Shown piece by piece: positions 40,817-54,161 of a DNA stretch of 64,000 bases; within the stretch, counting starts at the first letter, position 1, and each line of letters begins with the position of its first letter. The notes beneath the pieces were generated by a model. That model searched no databases and was not told the DNA's origin. It saw only the letters and a program-made list of their open reading frames with translations. A program made the translations under genes and the position numbers. The DNA is from Octopus sinensis (lineage: Eukaryota): assembly GCF_006345805.1 (NCBI RefSeq), contig NC_043008.1, positions 38,502,001-38,566,000 of the forward strand, written 5' to 3'.

Positions 40817-41234
40817 TACTCTTTACTCTTTTACTCTTTTACTTGTTTCAGTCATTTGACTGCGGCCATGCTGGAGCACCGCCTTTAGTCGAGCAAATCG
40901 ACCCCGGGACTTATTCTTTGTAAGCCCAGTACTTATTCTATCGGTCTCTTTTGCCGAACCGCTAAGTGACTGGGACGTAAACACACCAGCATCGGTTGTC
41001 AAGCAATGCTAGGGGGACAAACACAGACACACAAACATATACACACACACTTATATATATATACATATATACGACAGGCTTCTTTCAGTTTCCGTCTACC
41101 AAATCCACTCACAAGGCATTGGTTGGCCCGGGGCTATAGCAGAAGACACTTGCCCAAGATGCCACGCAGTGGGACTGAACCTGGAACCATGTGGTTGGTT
41201 AGGAAGCTACTTACCACACAGCCACTCCTGCACC
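40817..41234 (-). mobile_element. Young full-length SINE family A
   Basis: Complete head to (AGTAAAAG)n tail, most CpGs intact. Confidence 0.95.
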
Positions 41235-41269
41235 TATATATGTATGTATATATATATATATATATATAT

Positions 41270-41357
<88 letters not shown>

Positions 41358-41373
41358 AACTGCAGGATGAGAA

Positions 41374-41555
41374 GGTGTTTATAAGCCATTTAAAATCACA
41401 CTAAAACCGTTAGATTCATTTCAATATTTAAATTTAATTTTGGCAAAATAAAATTTTTGTTGCTTTGAAACTGCGACCTGTTTACTGACAAAATTCCATG
41501 CTGCCGAAGTGAATCTAACAGTTTTTTGCGTGTTTTTAAATGGCTTATAAACACC
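41374..41555. mobile_element. 182-bp fold-back element with about 49-bp inverted arms
   Basis: GGTGTTTATAAGCCATTTAAAA... and ...TTTTAAATGGCTTATAAACACC. Confidence 0.8.
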
Positions 41556-41794
41556 AATTGGATGCTGAAGGGGCGGGGTGGGGTGGGGGTCACTGAATGT
41601 TTCTTAAAATGGTCTTCACTGAAAGAAATGAATTATTTAAACCGAGTATAAAATTTATATCGTAAACAATTTAAAAAAAAAATAATTAAAATTATATGAA
41701 TAGAAAAAACCATAAATTTATCTGAGTATAAACATGACTTATGATGCACCAAGCTCCAGTATAATTTCATTAAATAGTTCTTGTCTTCTTTAAC

Positions 41795-41985
41795 ATGTGT
41801 GTGTGTGTGTGTCCCACATGACAATCAATGTTGGTTTGTTTATATCCTCATAATCTAGCAGTTTGGCAATAGAGACTGATAAAATAAATACCGGTTTCAT
41901 GTAAGTACTGGGGTTGATTTGTTCAATTAACCCTGCAATGAAGTGCTCCAGCATTGCCACAGTCCAATGAGTAAAACAAGTAAAT
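41795..41985 (+). mobile_element. 3' half of older SINE family A
   Basis: GCAGTTTGGCAATAGAGACTGATA...GTGCTCCAGCATTG...AAACAAGTAAA. Confidence 0.75.
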
Positions 41986-42659
41986 CTTAGTAGAATAAAA
42001 TAGGTATTTCTAACTCATTTGTAATTGTGTTTGCTAATTACTTTTAAAACCTAACAACATCAACACACACCAAAATACAATTACAAATTTATTTATGATC
42101 AATAACAGATGTGTCAAATATAGATTTTCAACTTTCTTTGATCATTCACTGTAAAAACTTCACAATAGCATTTTCAGAAACAGTCATAAATATTGATCAA
42201 TGACCATTTACATCAAACACTTTACGAAATCTATCCTTATAGAATGAATCAGGATTTCAGTCAAGAAATTTGCTGTAATATAAGAACCACAGAACTCTAG
42301 AAATTTGTTTGGTCTATTTAAAATCTAACACATTTACATTTAAAGTTATATATATGTAAAATTACAAAGCAATATGAAGTAATACTCCATCTAAAATGAA
42401 TTTATTTCTTTTCTATTTTATTTACTTTAATTTCATAATAAATTTATTGCCTTTCCAGTGATAAAATATTTGAAACTTATAACGCAAATTTTGCATGAGA
42501 ATACATGCAAATATGATAGAGTGATAGTATGTTATTATATACAACTTGAGTAGTTTGTATGGCTTGTGAGAAAAGAATTTAATAAGAATTATTAATTAAA
42601 GTTATGGATATGTCATGATAAGATCTGAGAGTGCTGGAAAATGTTGCCTGTTCACTCAT

Positions 42660-42881
42660 CCCTTTTGATACCAACCTGCCTGAAACCGCCTCTGGCTCTG
42701 CAGTACAAATGTCTTGTTTTCAAAAGTTCTGAATTAAAATCTTCCACCAAATGTTAGTCATAATTCGTGTTCCTAACACTAGCTGAATGATAACTAAGTT
42801 ATTTTACTAAATTCTTTGTTACATTCAAAATTAATTGAAAGAAACACAGAGCATCTCTACAGAAATATGGTAACGAAAGGG
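42660..42881 (+). mobile_element. piggyBac-like MITE, family 2
   Basis: TIRs CCCTTTTGATACCA / TGGTAACGAAAGGG, right flank TTAA; homologue at 5188-5415. Confidence 0.75.
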
Positions 42882-43308
42882 TTAACGTTCATTATCCATG
42901 GTTGCATAACATTGGCAGGAATTGAATTTAAGACAGGATTTTACTGCCAGATGCTTTTTCTGTTGCTAACTTTCATCTTTTTTTCAGGTTACAGGTTTTC
43001 ATATTTCACAGATCTTTGAAAGTGCAGAGTTGCTGGTCATGTCGTCAAGAAAGAATATCATCAGCAATGCTTCCCTCAAACAATTCAACTAAAATTATTC
43101 ACACACGCACTCACACATACAGCTATGCATACACACATACATGCATACATGTGTGCATATATCTGTGTGCACAAGTACATACATATGCACACATATATAT
43201 AAACTCACAGACACGTACACATATACACACATATATATACACATAAATAGAGAAAACATATGCAAATACACACACTTGCATGCGCACACTTACATACACA
43301 TACATACG

Positions 43309-43700
43309 GTTTTTTATTTGTTTCAGTCATTTGACTGTGGTCATGCTGGAGCACTGCCTTTAATTGAACAGATTGACCCCAGGACTTATTCTCAGTAAGC
43401 CTAATCCTTATTCTATCGGTCTCTTTTGCTTAACTGCTAAGTTACGGGGTTGTAAACACACCAGCCTTGGTTGTCTTTCAATGGTGAAGTCACAAACACA
43501 GATACAGAAACATATACACACGTACACACACACACACATACACACACACACACATATACATATATATATACGATGTCCTCCTTTCAGTTTCTGTCTCCAA
43601 AATCCACTCACAAGGCTTTAGTTGGCCCAAGGCTGTAGTAGAAGACACTGAACCCAGAACCATGTGGTCGATAAGAAAACTACTTACTAGACAGCCACGC
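43309..43700 (-). mobile_element. SINE family A with internal deletion in head
   Basis: Colinear with 40817-41234. Confidence 0.85.
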
Positions 43701-45138
43701 AATATAATATTTCGTTTTCCACATCTAGGATCTCAGTTAAAATATTGCAAGGATTGACTTTCCTTTTTGTTCCCTTTTAAATTTTAGTCTAGCAGTTAGG
43801 GTGTTGCACTCACAATTAAAAGATTGCTGTTTCAATTTCCAGATCAACAGAGAATTCTTCTCTCGAAGAAAACACTTTATTTCATATCCACTCAGTCCAC
43901 TCAGCTGTAAATGGTTAACCCTGCAATGGACTGGTGTTTCTGTTACCCTGCCTGTCTAGCCAGTGAGGCAGCATCATTCAAAAGTGACAATTTGAGTAAG
44001 TTTGTTGTAACCAGTGGAGTATAACAACATCCAGTTGTCTGGTTGATATGGTGATTATACTTATATGGCTCACTCGATCCAAAATGAATTTTGAGCACTT
44101 GTTGCACCAAGCTGTTGGATAATAAGTGTCAGAGCTAAAAATATTTCTATAGATAAATACTGACGTTTGATCCTGGGGGAAATTTAACACTTACCTGATC
44201 ACTACAAAAAGGAGAGCTAAATATTGATCTTGAAGATATTTTCAGAAAACAGGAGATATTTAGTTTTTGTTTGACAGAGAAATACATACATACATCTAGT
44301 TTGATGATATCATTTGTACTCTGTGTAAACATGGAGAAAAAAAGTTACCTATGACTAGTCAAAGGAAATCAGTTAATAAAATTAAGTAACTCTGATGATA
44401 ACCATGATTATAAAGATGCATTAGTTCATGAATTATGCAGAAAGGTAACACAAACCTAATTTTATCTCTTCATGTTTTCAGACCAGCTTTATATATTCAT
44501 AGAAACTTTACAGGATGATGTCCGCAAGGCAACAGCAATGATATAAAAATATTCAAGTAGTGTAGGTAATGATGATTGATAATTAGTTTATCTTGCTTCG
44601 AATGTCAGCCAATTCCATAAGGTTCAATTGGATTTGGAAACTGAATCAGTATTCATTACCATTGATAGAAGATTATTAATGAAGAAGAAAGCAAAGCCTG
44701 CTCGGTTTGCTAAGTTATTCTTAGAAAAAGTTAATTATTTACTTAAGTTTCTGTCTTCTCACTGAGAAAAGGTCAAATTGAACCTTACGTAAAGTGTAAT
44801 TGCTAAAGTACAAGACTTAAGCTTCTCAGTGCTTAAATAATTAGAACACTGGGAAAGTGTTTTGAGTTCTTTGCCAAAATAAATCAACATATTTCAGCTT
44901 CAGTAGTCTTTATATCTGTTTATGTTAGCAAAATATTAATATTATTATCATATTTGCTTTGATGACAAAGAGAAGAAATTATTATTATTATATTATTATT
45001 ATTATTGTTATTACTATTTTGAACTCGACAAGGACAGGCTTACTGTTGAAATATCGTTCAACCAATAAAATATCTATTACAATGAAATTGCATTCTTCAT
45101 CTTGACTATTATTTTTATTATTATCATCATTATTATTA

Positions 45139-45186
<48 letters not shown>

Positions 45187-45199
45187 TATTATTATTATC

Positions 45200-45418
45200 A
45201 AGGCAGCAAGGTGTCAGAATTGTTAGTATGCTGGACAAGATGCTTAGTGGACTTTCTTCTGGGCTTACTTTCTGAGTTCAAATTTTCCCGAGGTTGATTT
45301 TGCCTTTCATCCTTTCAGGGTCAATAAAATAGGTACCAGTTGAACACTGGGGTCGATGTAATTGTCTGTCCTCCTTCTCCCAAAATAGTTCAGGCCTTGT
45401 ACTTATAGTAAAAAGAAA
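45200..45418 (+). mobile_element. Family D SINE
   Basis: CTGAGTTCAAATT B-box; TTGCCTTTCATCCTTTCAGGGTCAATAAAATAGGTACCAGTT. Confidence 0.85.
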
Positions 45419-45432
45419 TATTATTATTATTA

Positions 45433-46258
45433 ATTTTTAATCTGTATGTTTGTTACAATCACTTGCTGAGATACACCCAACGTCCTAGGGCGAGTGAAGA
45501 ATGAAAGATGTTACAGAATGACTGAAAGCTTGGAATGGGGAAGTGGCAGGGGCAGTAGTGACATATCTTCATATAATACAATGCAGGCATTTAAATTGAT
45601 GGGGTTTTTCTAAAGATGTGGGCAATACTTGCAAACAATCTTTTGGATTTCACTGAAGCATGGTTCTCTTGGGATGTTATCTAAATGTTTCTGACATGCC
45701 TTTTTTATCATATCTAAGGCACCTACAATAACAGGAACAGTTCTTACTTTAAGATGCCACATCTTTCGTATTTCAATTTCCAGGTCCTTATATTTACTTA
45801 ATCTGTCAAATTCCTTTACAGATATATTTTTATCAGTGGGAACACTTACATCTATTAGTTTGCAAGTATTTTTTCCCTGTCCTTAATGACTATATCTGGT
45901 CCATTTTCCTGGATCGTTGTGTCAAAGTTGACTTGAAAATCCCAGGATAGTGACACATTTACCTTCAACAATTGGCTCAGGATGGTGTGCCTACCAGAAA
46001 GCAGGATTGCTGATTTTGTTGTGTTTACATATTTTCCAATGTAAATACTGCCTTACCCTATTGTAGCGATTTTTGTATTCGTTTGGTGTCTGCAGAGGAC
46101 ATTCCGAGATGACATAGATGGTCTACTGTTTCATTAAATGTATCACAAAATCTGCATCTAAAGTCAGAACCATTTTGAGGAACATTGGCCTGGTAGCTTT
46201 TAATAAGCAAGCTTTGATCTTGGGACACCAATATGAAACCTGCAGTCTCTGCTTTTTG
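45433..46258 (-). pseudogene. 5'-truncated R4/Dong-clade non-LTR retrotransposon: CCHC knuckle plus restriction-like endonuclease, frameshifted
   Basis: KAETAGFILVSQDQ...CRFCDTFNETVDHL/ISEC...YLHWKIC...PDIVIKD...LIDVSVPTDKNISVKEFDRLSKYKDLEIEIRKMW...VPVIVGAL; (TAA)n on both sides. Confidence 0.9.
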
Positions 46259-46302
<44 letters not shown>

Positions 46303-46303
46303 G

Positions 46304-46364
<61 letters not shown>

Positions 46365-47065
46365 TCTGATTTCAAATCCTGACGAGGTCCTCTTTGACAT
46401 CTCCAGTGTTAATAAATTACAATACTGGTCAATTACTGTGATCAACGTTATCAGCTGACAGCCTCCACACGAAATTGTTGACATCGACCCTGAACCAGAA
46501 GCTGCTGCCACCATCGCTGTCACCATCTTCATCAACATTATCATCAACATCATCGTCATCATCATCATCGTGGCCATCATCATCTCATTTGTGTTGTTCT
46601 ATAGTATTTAGTATTTACTTTTATTTCTCTTCCTTCTGCATTCAAATTCTTTTCGAGGTTATTTTAATTTTAATTCCAATAAATTTATGTAATAGATACC
46701 ATATATGAAATGAAATTGACATTAAAACAAACAAAAGAAACTTATATCCTGCAACTACAAATTTGCAGTGTTGCATAAATGCACTTAGGAGTTCGTTTTG
46801 CAGAATTGATGGCACACCGTTATACATACATTGCAGAACATAGCTTCATACAATAGACATTTTGTATGATGACAATTTTGCCTTTCAAACTTCCAAGTTC
46901 AGAGGAAGCTTGACAGGAAAGGGACTCCTCTTCTTACTTCCTCTGACATCTTTATTTCCTCCTATCACCTTACTTCATCTAATGCTCTGAATCTCTCTTC
47001 AAATCAGACTCTAGGTCACACTGCCCTGAGTAAATGCATCTCTCGCTTTCTTTCTCTCATTCAGA

Positions 47066-47104
<39 letters not shown>

Positions 47105-47134
47105 TGTGTGTGTGTGCGTGCGTGTGTGTGTATA

Positions 47135-47315
47135 TATCACCGTGATCACCGTGACCGACCAGGCTATCAGATGTTGCTACACATCGCAGGTCACAATGCA
47201 CTTCGCAGGTCACAATGCACTTCGCAGGTCACAATGCACTTCGCAGGTCACAATGCACTTCACATTGTTTTAGTCTTCAAATGACACCACCCCGCTGGCT
47301 AAACAAGCAGGCTAA
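47135..47315 (-). mobile_element. SINE 3' tail fragment containing 4 x 19-bp tandem repeat (TCGCAGGTCACAATGCACT, 47184-47259)
   Basis: Reverse complement resembles the tail of the family C copy at about 43945-43985. Confidence 0.6.
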
Positions 47316-47399
47316 TATATATATATATGATGGCTGTCCACTTGACACCAAGGAAGACCATTGCTGAACTTTAGGAACATTGTGCGCTCTAAGACTAAC

Positions 47400-47810
47400 T
47401 TATATTTTGCCTTTGTGGCTCCACTGGTGGCTGAAGAACCCTGCTCTTGACAAGCATACACAACTGCAAAACATTGCAAACCAAGGTTTCCCATTCACTA
47501 CACTAGCAGTGCGCTTGAGAGCATCATGCTCAAATTCTTCATGCAAAATACGTGCTCCCTCATAGGTGTTGACCCTCTCCTTAACCTGCTTCCTCCATCT
47601 GTGGCGATGACAGGTTCTGCTCTCCCAGTTGGTCTCCTGCATATCGCAGGTCTTTAATGAGGCCTTGACATAGTCCTTAAATTGCAGCCTTGGTTTCTGC
47701 CAGTTTCTCTTTCCACTAACAAGTTCCCCATATAGTATCTGTTTAGGGATCCTACTATCCTTCATTGTGATAATGTGTCCAGTCCAGCGTCACTGGTGCT
47801 TGTGCATCAG
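47400..47810 (-). pseudogene. RTE (BovB-like) LINE ORF C-terminus
   Basis: RWTGHII.MKDSRIPKQILYGELVSGKR...KPRLQFKDYVKASLK...terminal C-x2-C...SHQWSH zinc-finger-like motif. Confidence 0.85.
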
Positions 47811-47844
47811 ATTTTGCCAAAAGCTAGGTGATACCTGCTCAGAG

Positions 47845-48138
47845 GCCAAAGCAAAGTTTTCAAAAAGTTTTAATCGTTCTCAACACAGTCGAGGAGATGT
47901 TGTGCAACAGAAACCCAAGTGTCTTTTTTGGTCAGCTGAAAGCAGTTTTGGCACAAACTTGGCAGACACGTGTCTCATACACAAATCTTCAGTGATAATG
48001 GACTGAACTGAACCATAACTAACCTTCACATCCTCTGATAACACACGGATGGTGATTCGATGATTTTTCTCTCACAGCTGCATGCACATCTGCGATGTCT
48101 TTCTTAGTTCTGCAGGTTTTGGGTCTCCCAAAACATTG
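47845..48138 (-). pseudogene. Mariner transposase fragment (second HTH and linker)
   Basis: GRPKTCRT...NHRITIRVLSEDVKVSYGSVQSIITEDLCMRHVSAKFVPKLLSADQK. Confidence 0.85.
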
Positions 48139-48175
48139 TGTGTATATATACTTACATACATACATATATATATAA

Positions 48176-48413
48176 AAAGCACCATCCGTTCGTGGCCGTT
48201 TGCCAGCTCTGTCTGGCACCTGTGCGGGTGGCACGTAAAAAGCACCCACTACACTCACGGAGTGGTTGGCGTTAGGAAGGGCATCCAGCCGTAGAAACAC
48301 TGCCAGATTTGACTGGGCCTGATGAAGCCTTCTGGCTTCACAGACCCCAGTAGAACCGTCCAACCCATGCTAGCATGGAAAACGGACGCTAAACGACGAT
48401 GATGATGATGATG
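48176..48413 (+). mobile_element. Young family B element
   Basis: CpG-rich copy with (GAT)n tail. Confidence 0.9.
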
Positions 48414-48522
48414 ATATATATATATATATATATATGTACATATCATATATATATATGCATGTGTATATATATATATATATATATATAGATATATATACAC
48501 ACACATATATATATATATGATA

Positions 48523-48644
<122 letters not shown>

Positions 48645-48654
48645 CATTTTTCTT

Positions 48655-48832
48655 CTTCTTTCTGTTTTTATCATTCTTTCTCCATTCTTTTCCCCTCTTA
48701 ATCCTTTCTGTTGAAGAGTGGAGGCTTGAAACATCAAAGAGATTTTCCATTCTTCCCAAGTGTTAAGCTAATTTACCTGCTTGCTGTTCCTTCACCTGGC
48801 TTCATCTTTTGTTTTCTGTAAATTTGACCTAT
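48655..48832 (+). mobile_element. Penelope-like terminal-repeat remnant between microsatellites
   Basis: Inverted homologues at 53400-53530 and 56377-56505; TTGAAGAG..stem..GAAAC motif. Homology is seen, class is inferred. Confidence 0.55.
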
Positions 48833-48863
48833 ACATACATACATACATACATACATACATACA

Positions 48864-48929
<66 letters not shown>

Positions 48930-48949
48930 GATAGATAGATAGATAGATG

Positions 48950-48985
<36 letters not shown>

Positions 48986-49438
48986 TAGATATAGATATAG
49001 ATATATATACACACACATATATATATATATATATTCAATAATCTCAACAAATTTGAGATTTTGGCAACTGGTGTTCTTAATATATATTACATATAAAATA
49101 TCTTTACTGCTTAAGCACACACAAACACACAAACACACACACACACACACACACACTCACACACACACAACCAGTGTTCAACTACGTGGCATAAATGTTT
49201 TTAGTAGACTAGACAACAATTAGGTAAATTGCAAGTTGAACTCTTGAAGAAAATATTGAAAGAAACAGGAAGTCTGTGAATTGTGAGTAAATTAATGACA
49301 AAAGCAATCACTAGGCTTTAACAGTATCATCAATTTGCTTTACTTTTGTTTTCTTGCATTTCTTTTTAAGCTGCACATTTACGCACATTTTCATTTAAAC
49401 AATAAATGTAGATTGATAAATTATACTTCTACAAATGG

Positions 49439-49512
<74 letters not shown>

Positions 49513-49587
49513 ATATATATATATATATATCTATCTATCTATCTATCTATATATCTCTCAATTTGTCTGTTTATCCGTCTGCTAGAT

Positions 49588-49618
<31 letters not shown>

Positions 49619-49624
49619 CAGATC

Positions 49625-49729
<105 letters not shown>

Positions 49730-49775
49730 TTAGATAGATAGATAGATAGATAGATATATCTGGATAAGTAATGCA

Positions 49776-49900
49776 AGTGTACATGTTCAACAGAGTGCCA
49801 GTATTCTAAGAGAGAAGTTAGACATGTGAGGAATTTGTTGCTGTATGCAAGAGAGAAGACTGCACTGGTTTGGTCATGTGTTGCAGATGGATGCTGACAG
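49776..49900 (+). pseudogene. RTE LINE internal fragment
   Basis: VHVQQSASILREKLDM*GICCCMQERRLHWFGHVLQMD; same family as 13130-13715. Confidence 0.8.
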
Positions 49901-49904
49901 TTCC

Positions 49905-50962
49905 AGAATGAAGTGCCTTCCAATGATTTCTTTAGAAATATAAACAAGTGGTAGTTGGATGGCACAATATCAGGAAATTATGGTGGATACAATAAGAGAT
50001 CCCAGCTAAGTTCATGTAACTTTGTTCGGGTAACCAAAGAAACATGTAGTTGGGCATTGACTTATTGGAACACTGCCCCGTTTCTGTTTGCCATCTCTGG
50101 CCTCAATTCTTTGAGTTTTTGGTTCATATTAGCCAGCTGACAACAGTACACATCAGAATTAATGGTCTGATTTTGTGGGAGAAGCTTATAATAAATAATG
50201 CCTTTATGATCCCACCAAACACAAAGCATAGCTTTTTTGGCATGGACATTTGTCTTTGGCTGCTCTTTTTGTGGGATCCTTACACAAATTCCAGGGCATT
50301 TGTCTCACTATGCTTTTGTACACAATCCATTTTTCATTTCCAGTCATAAGTTGTTTCAAAAAAGGCATGTTTACATTCTGTTTCAAAAGCATATAACAAA
50401 CAGAATACCAGTCCAAGAACTTTGTGTGGGATCCATACATTATAGCGAGAAATGTATCCTAGCTTCACTAGTTGTTCATGAGCCATACTTTTAGAAACTT
50501 CCAACTCCTCTGCAAGTTCTCTAATCATGATATTTGAGTTTTCTTCAATTTTTGCCTTCAAAACATCATCTAATTTTGAAGGTCTTCCATTGCCACTGTC
50601 ATCTTCCAAGGTTAACTCTCCAGCTTTAAATTTTGCAAACCACCTTTGAACTGTTAATTCACCTTACAACATGATCGCCATAATATTCACAAATATTTTT
50701 GCAAGTCTTTGCATCATTTTCTCCTTCTTTAAAAAAAGAAAAGCATTACAACACGAATATGAAATTTTTGGTTATCCATTTCAAATGTCATATAAAGGGT
50801 AACCAGAATGAAAGATGAATCTATTTTTAATCAGCAACGAAGAAGAGATACAATACCACTTCAAACAATGCCACAGTTTTAACTGCGTTACATTTCAGGT
50901 GTGTTCAATAAAGCATTAAAGGATTTAGCTTAAAAACACTAAAAACTTACTAGATAACCTAA
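49905..50962 (-). pseudogene. Mariner element relic: 5' TIR plus nearly full decayed transposase (ATG at 50779)
   Basis: TA|TTAGGTTATC TIR; MDNQKFHIR..TVQRWFAKFKAG..GRPS..WIPHKV..MTGNEKWIVY..VFQ*VNAQLH..FPDIVPSNYHLF; catalytic aspartates lost, 3' TIR absent. Confidence 0.92.
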
Positions 50963-51011
50963 TATGTATCCACAAGAAAATGAGATGACAAAGGAATAAG
51001 CAATCTTATGA

Positions 51012-51110
51012 AGTTTCTTAGCTTATAGCTGTTTCTACTATAAGATGCAGTGGACTCGTAGTTTCTTAGCTTATAGCTGTTTCTGCTATAAGATGCAGTG
51101 GACTCATAGT
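51012..51110 (+). repeat. 48-bp tandem duplication
   Basis: AGTTTCTTAGCTTATAGCTGTTTCT(A/G)CTATAAGATGCAGTGGACTC twice. Confidence 0.95.
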
Positions 51111-51389
51111 TAAGTGCTTGAGTAAAACCTTATAGCTTCATCAGAGCCTTGAATACGAAATGCAGTTTATTTGGGAACAGAAGTACATTTATGCATATAT
51201 ATAGGAAAAGGCATTACCAATGAGAAAGTCAACACGTACAACACCTTGATGTCACTCTGGAGAAGTACCACTTCAATGCAATCATCAACAAATATTGCTT
51301 AACTTTTCCCATGAAATAGTTTAATTTCAGTGGTATTAGAAACATATGGTGCTGAAACAGCTGTAACTCATAATGACTGGCAGTCCATG

Positions 51390-51680
51390 AGTTATGACAA
51401 GTGTTCCAGTTGATCCAATCAAATGGAAGAGCCAGCTCTTGAAATTAACATACAAGTGGTTGAGCACTCCACGGATACATGTACCCTTAATGTAGTTCTC
51501 AAGCAGATTCAACATGACACAGAATGTGACAAGGTTGGCTCTTTGAAATACAAGTATTACTCCTTTGGGCCAGCTGAGTGGACTGAAGCAAAGTGAAATA
51601 AAGTTTCTTGCTGAAGGACACGACGTATCATCCGATTCAAACTCACAACTTTATGATCAGGAGCCGAATAACCTAACTGA
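51390..51680 (-). mobile_element. Family C-head SINE with a different 3' tail
   Basis: CAGCTGAGTGGACTGAAGCAA..TGAAATAAAGT core shared with 31402-31657; tail unrelated. Confidence 0.75.
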
Positions 51681-51971
51681 TTCTTTGTCTTCTTCATCAG
51701 ATTATATATAAACACACACTCACACAGATGCGCCCTCCCAACACACACAGACACACACATACATATTCATTAGAGTTTGAAGTAAAAAATATTAAGAGTG
51801 CATTTATGAGTATCTGTGACTGTGCTCACTTTCATTCTATATTTCATACTCAGTGTAGAAACAGTAACAAATGAATTTTGTAGTTCATATTTATTCCTAT
51901 AAATATTCCACATGATACAACACAAAACATTTGAATGTGTGCATAAATATATTCTTTTATATATATAAAGA

Positions 51972-52002
<31 letters not shown>

Positions 52003-52032
52003 ATATGTATGTGTATATATATATGTACATAC

Positions 52033-52064
<32 letters not shown>

Positions 52065-52075
52065 TATATATATAT

Positions 52076-52149
<74 letters not shown>

Positions 52150-52784
52150 AAATATAGATATATATACACAGACACACAGACACCCAGAGGAAGAAGAGAC
52201 AAAGATTTTAATGATTGTGTATGAGTAATATTGGTACATTGCAACATATATTTCTATTCTGTGTTGTGATCAATGAGAAAAAAACAACAACAAAAAAAAT
52301 CTATACTCTTTATCATATTATTTGGCTTTGAATGGTTCTAGAAAAACAGGATTATTAAGGCAATGAAACTAAGACCAGGCCATGCCAAAGTCTCATTAAC
52401 CAATTGTATTGCTCATAGACCACAGACACACGCATGCACACAAGCATTTCATATGTATATGTAAATAAGTGTATGTGTATATATGTCTGTGTAATTTTTG
52501 TGTATGAGTGTGTATGTGTATATGTATGTATATGAATTTATTTCAATTGAATTTAAACTTAATTGTAATTTGAATTTCGTTATAGCCATAAAACGTACAT
52601 GGTGTTTTTACTTATTATATTATATTTATCATTCTTTTCATACTTTTTTGAAAAAAAAAATTTTTAAATATATATATATGTTATTTTAATTATATTTATA
52701 TTGTTTGTTATTTATGTATTGGTTTACATCTATCACTGTTTGAGTTGCCTAATAGTGGTTTTATCTCTAATTCATATTTTATAT

Positions 52785-52821
<37 letters not shown>

Positions 52822-53744
52822 TATATACACACATAAGTTTGGGTGCACATCCACCAACTCCGGTACTTTTAATTCCCACACTTAGATCTCATTGTGACCT
52901 TTGTTTTCCATTTTAGGTCCCTTTTAGTTGATAATTATGCAGTAAGTCACCCCTACCCTTCCTCTTTCTGGCTATCGCCTCCACTCTATACATCATTATC
53001 TTGCTAGCATCTTCTAAGACATATTCTTTTATGTAAATATTGCTAATTTTATGGTCACAGTAAATAAGGGTTAGGGAGGAGTATCTGACATTAATTAATT
53101 TATCACCAATTGCAAGAACTTAAATGTCAGTTCTCAATGGTTTTAATTCTAAGGGGATATAGACTACTTGCTACATTGGGTCTTTTGAATGTGAAAAGGA
53201 TAAAGATGAATGCTGCTATGTCACCCATTCCTCTTTCTTGACCCCCATTATTTTCTTCTGCTGCTCTAAATTATAGTAGGCTTTAGGTATTTCAGTGAAT
53301 TTATTTCACTTAAAATTCTATAAGTTTTCAACAACGATTTAGCCCTGACAGCTAGCAAGGCCAAGCTGCTATAGACATGTGTATACATATATATATATGT
53401 AGTTGAAATTTACAGAAAAACAAAAGAAGAAGAGAGGTGTATAAACAACATGCAGGTGTATTAGTTTGATGTCAGGGAAGGTGAGAAAGTCTTTTATGTT
53501 CTGAGCCTATGCACTTCAACAGAAAGGAACATGAGGTAATGACAGACAAAGAATAAAAAAAACTTTTGGAGTTAGCAGTCAATTATTACAAACAGAAGTA
53601 GCTTCTAAGAGAAGCAGGTCAGAGAAAATGCCAGACACTGTTCTAGTTGACACTTTGATATCTAATTATATATATATAATGATATATGATAATTATTATT
53701 ATTAATAATAATAATTTATTGTTTTTATTATTATTTCAAAGATT

Positions 53745-54075
53745 ATTCTGCCTAGGTCAATTTTGCATTTCATCTTTTGGGGTTCACAAAAATGAATTCT
53801 AGTTGAACACTGGGGTTGATTTAATTGACTAACCCCCATGCCAAAAATTCCAGACTTTCTGCCTATAGCAGATAGGATTACTATTTCAAATATAGGCACT
53901 GGTATGAATTTTTGGAATGTTTAGTTAATCAAATCAATCCCTCTTAATTTATTTAATTGACCTTGAAGGACAAAAAGCAAAGCCAGCCTGGTTGAGATTT
54001 GAACTCAGAATGTAAAAGGCCAGAACAAATACTGCAAGGACTTTTGTCCAATGTTTTAATGATTCTACCAATGTA
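53745..54075. mobile_element. Tail-to-tail pair of family D SINEs
   Basis: Plus copy 53745-53880, minus copy 53890-54075. Confidence 0.7.
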
Positions 54076-54161
54076 TTGTCTTCGTAAATATTATTACAAA
54101 CATAAGAAATAGCTTCTATCAGAAATAGCTCAGAGAAAATGCCAGACAATGTTCTGGTTGA

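Noticed and set aside
42962-43085. Plus-strand branch point and acceptor (GCTAAC..TTTTTTTCAG), and similar acceptor near 44481
   Set aside because: No coherent open exon with a donor; such tracts are frequent in AT-rich DNA, though a non-coding antisense exon is not excluded
47184-47259. 4 x 19-bp repeat as a CRISPR-like array
   Set aside because: No spacers, eukaryotic context, lies inside a SINE tail
50334-50609. Mariner ORF pieces as an active or domesticated transposase (SETMAR-like)
   Set aside because: Multiple stops, a frameshifting deletion, all three catalytic aspartates substituted, no fused domain
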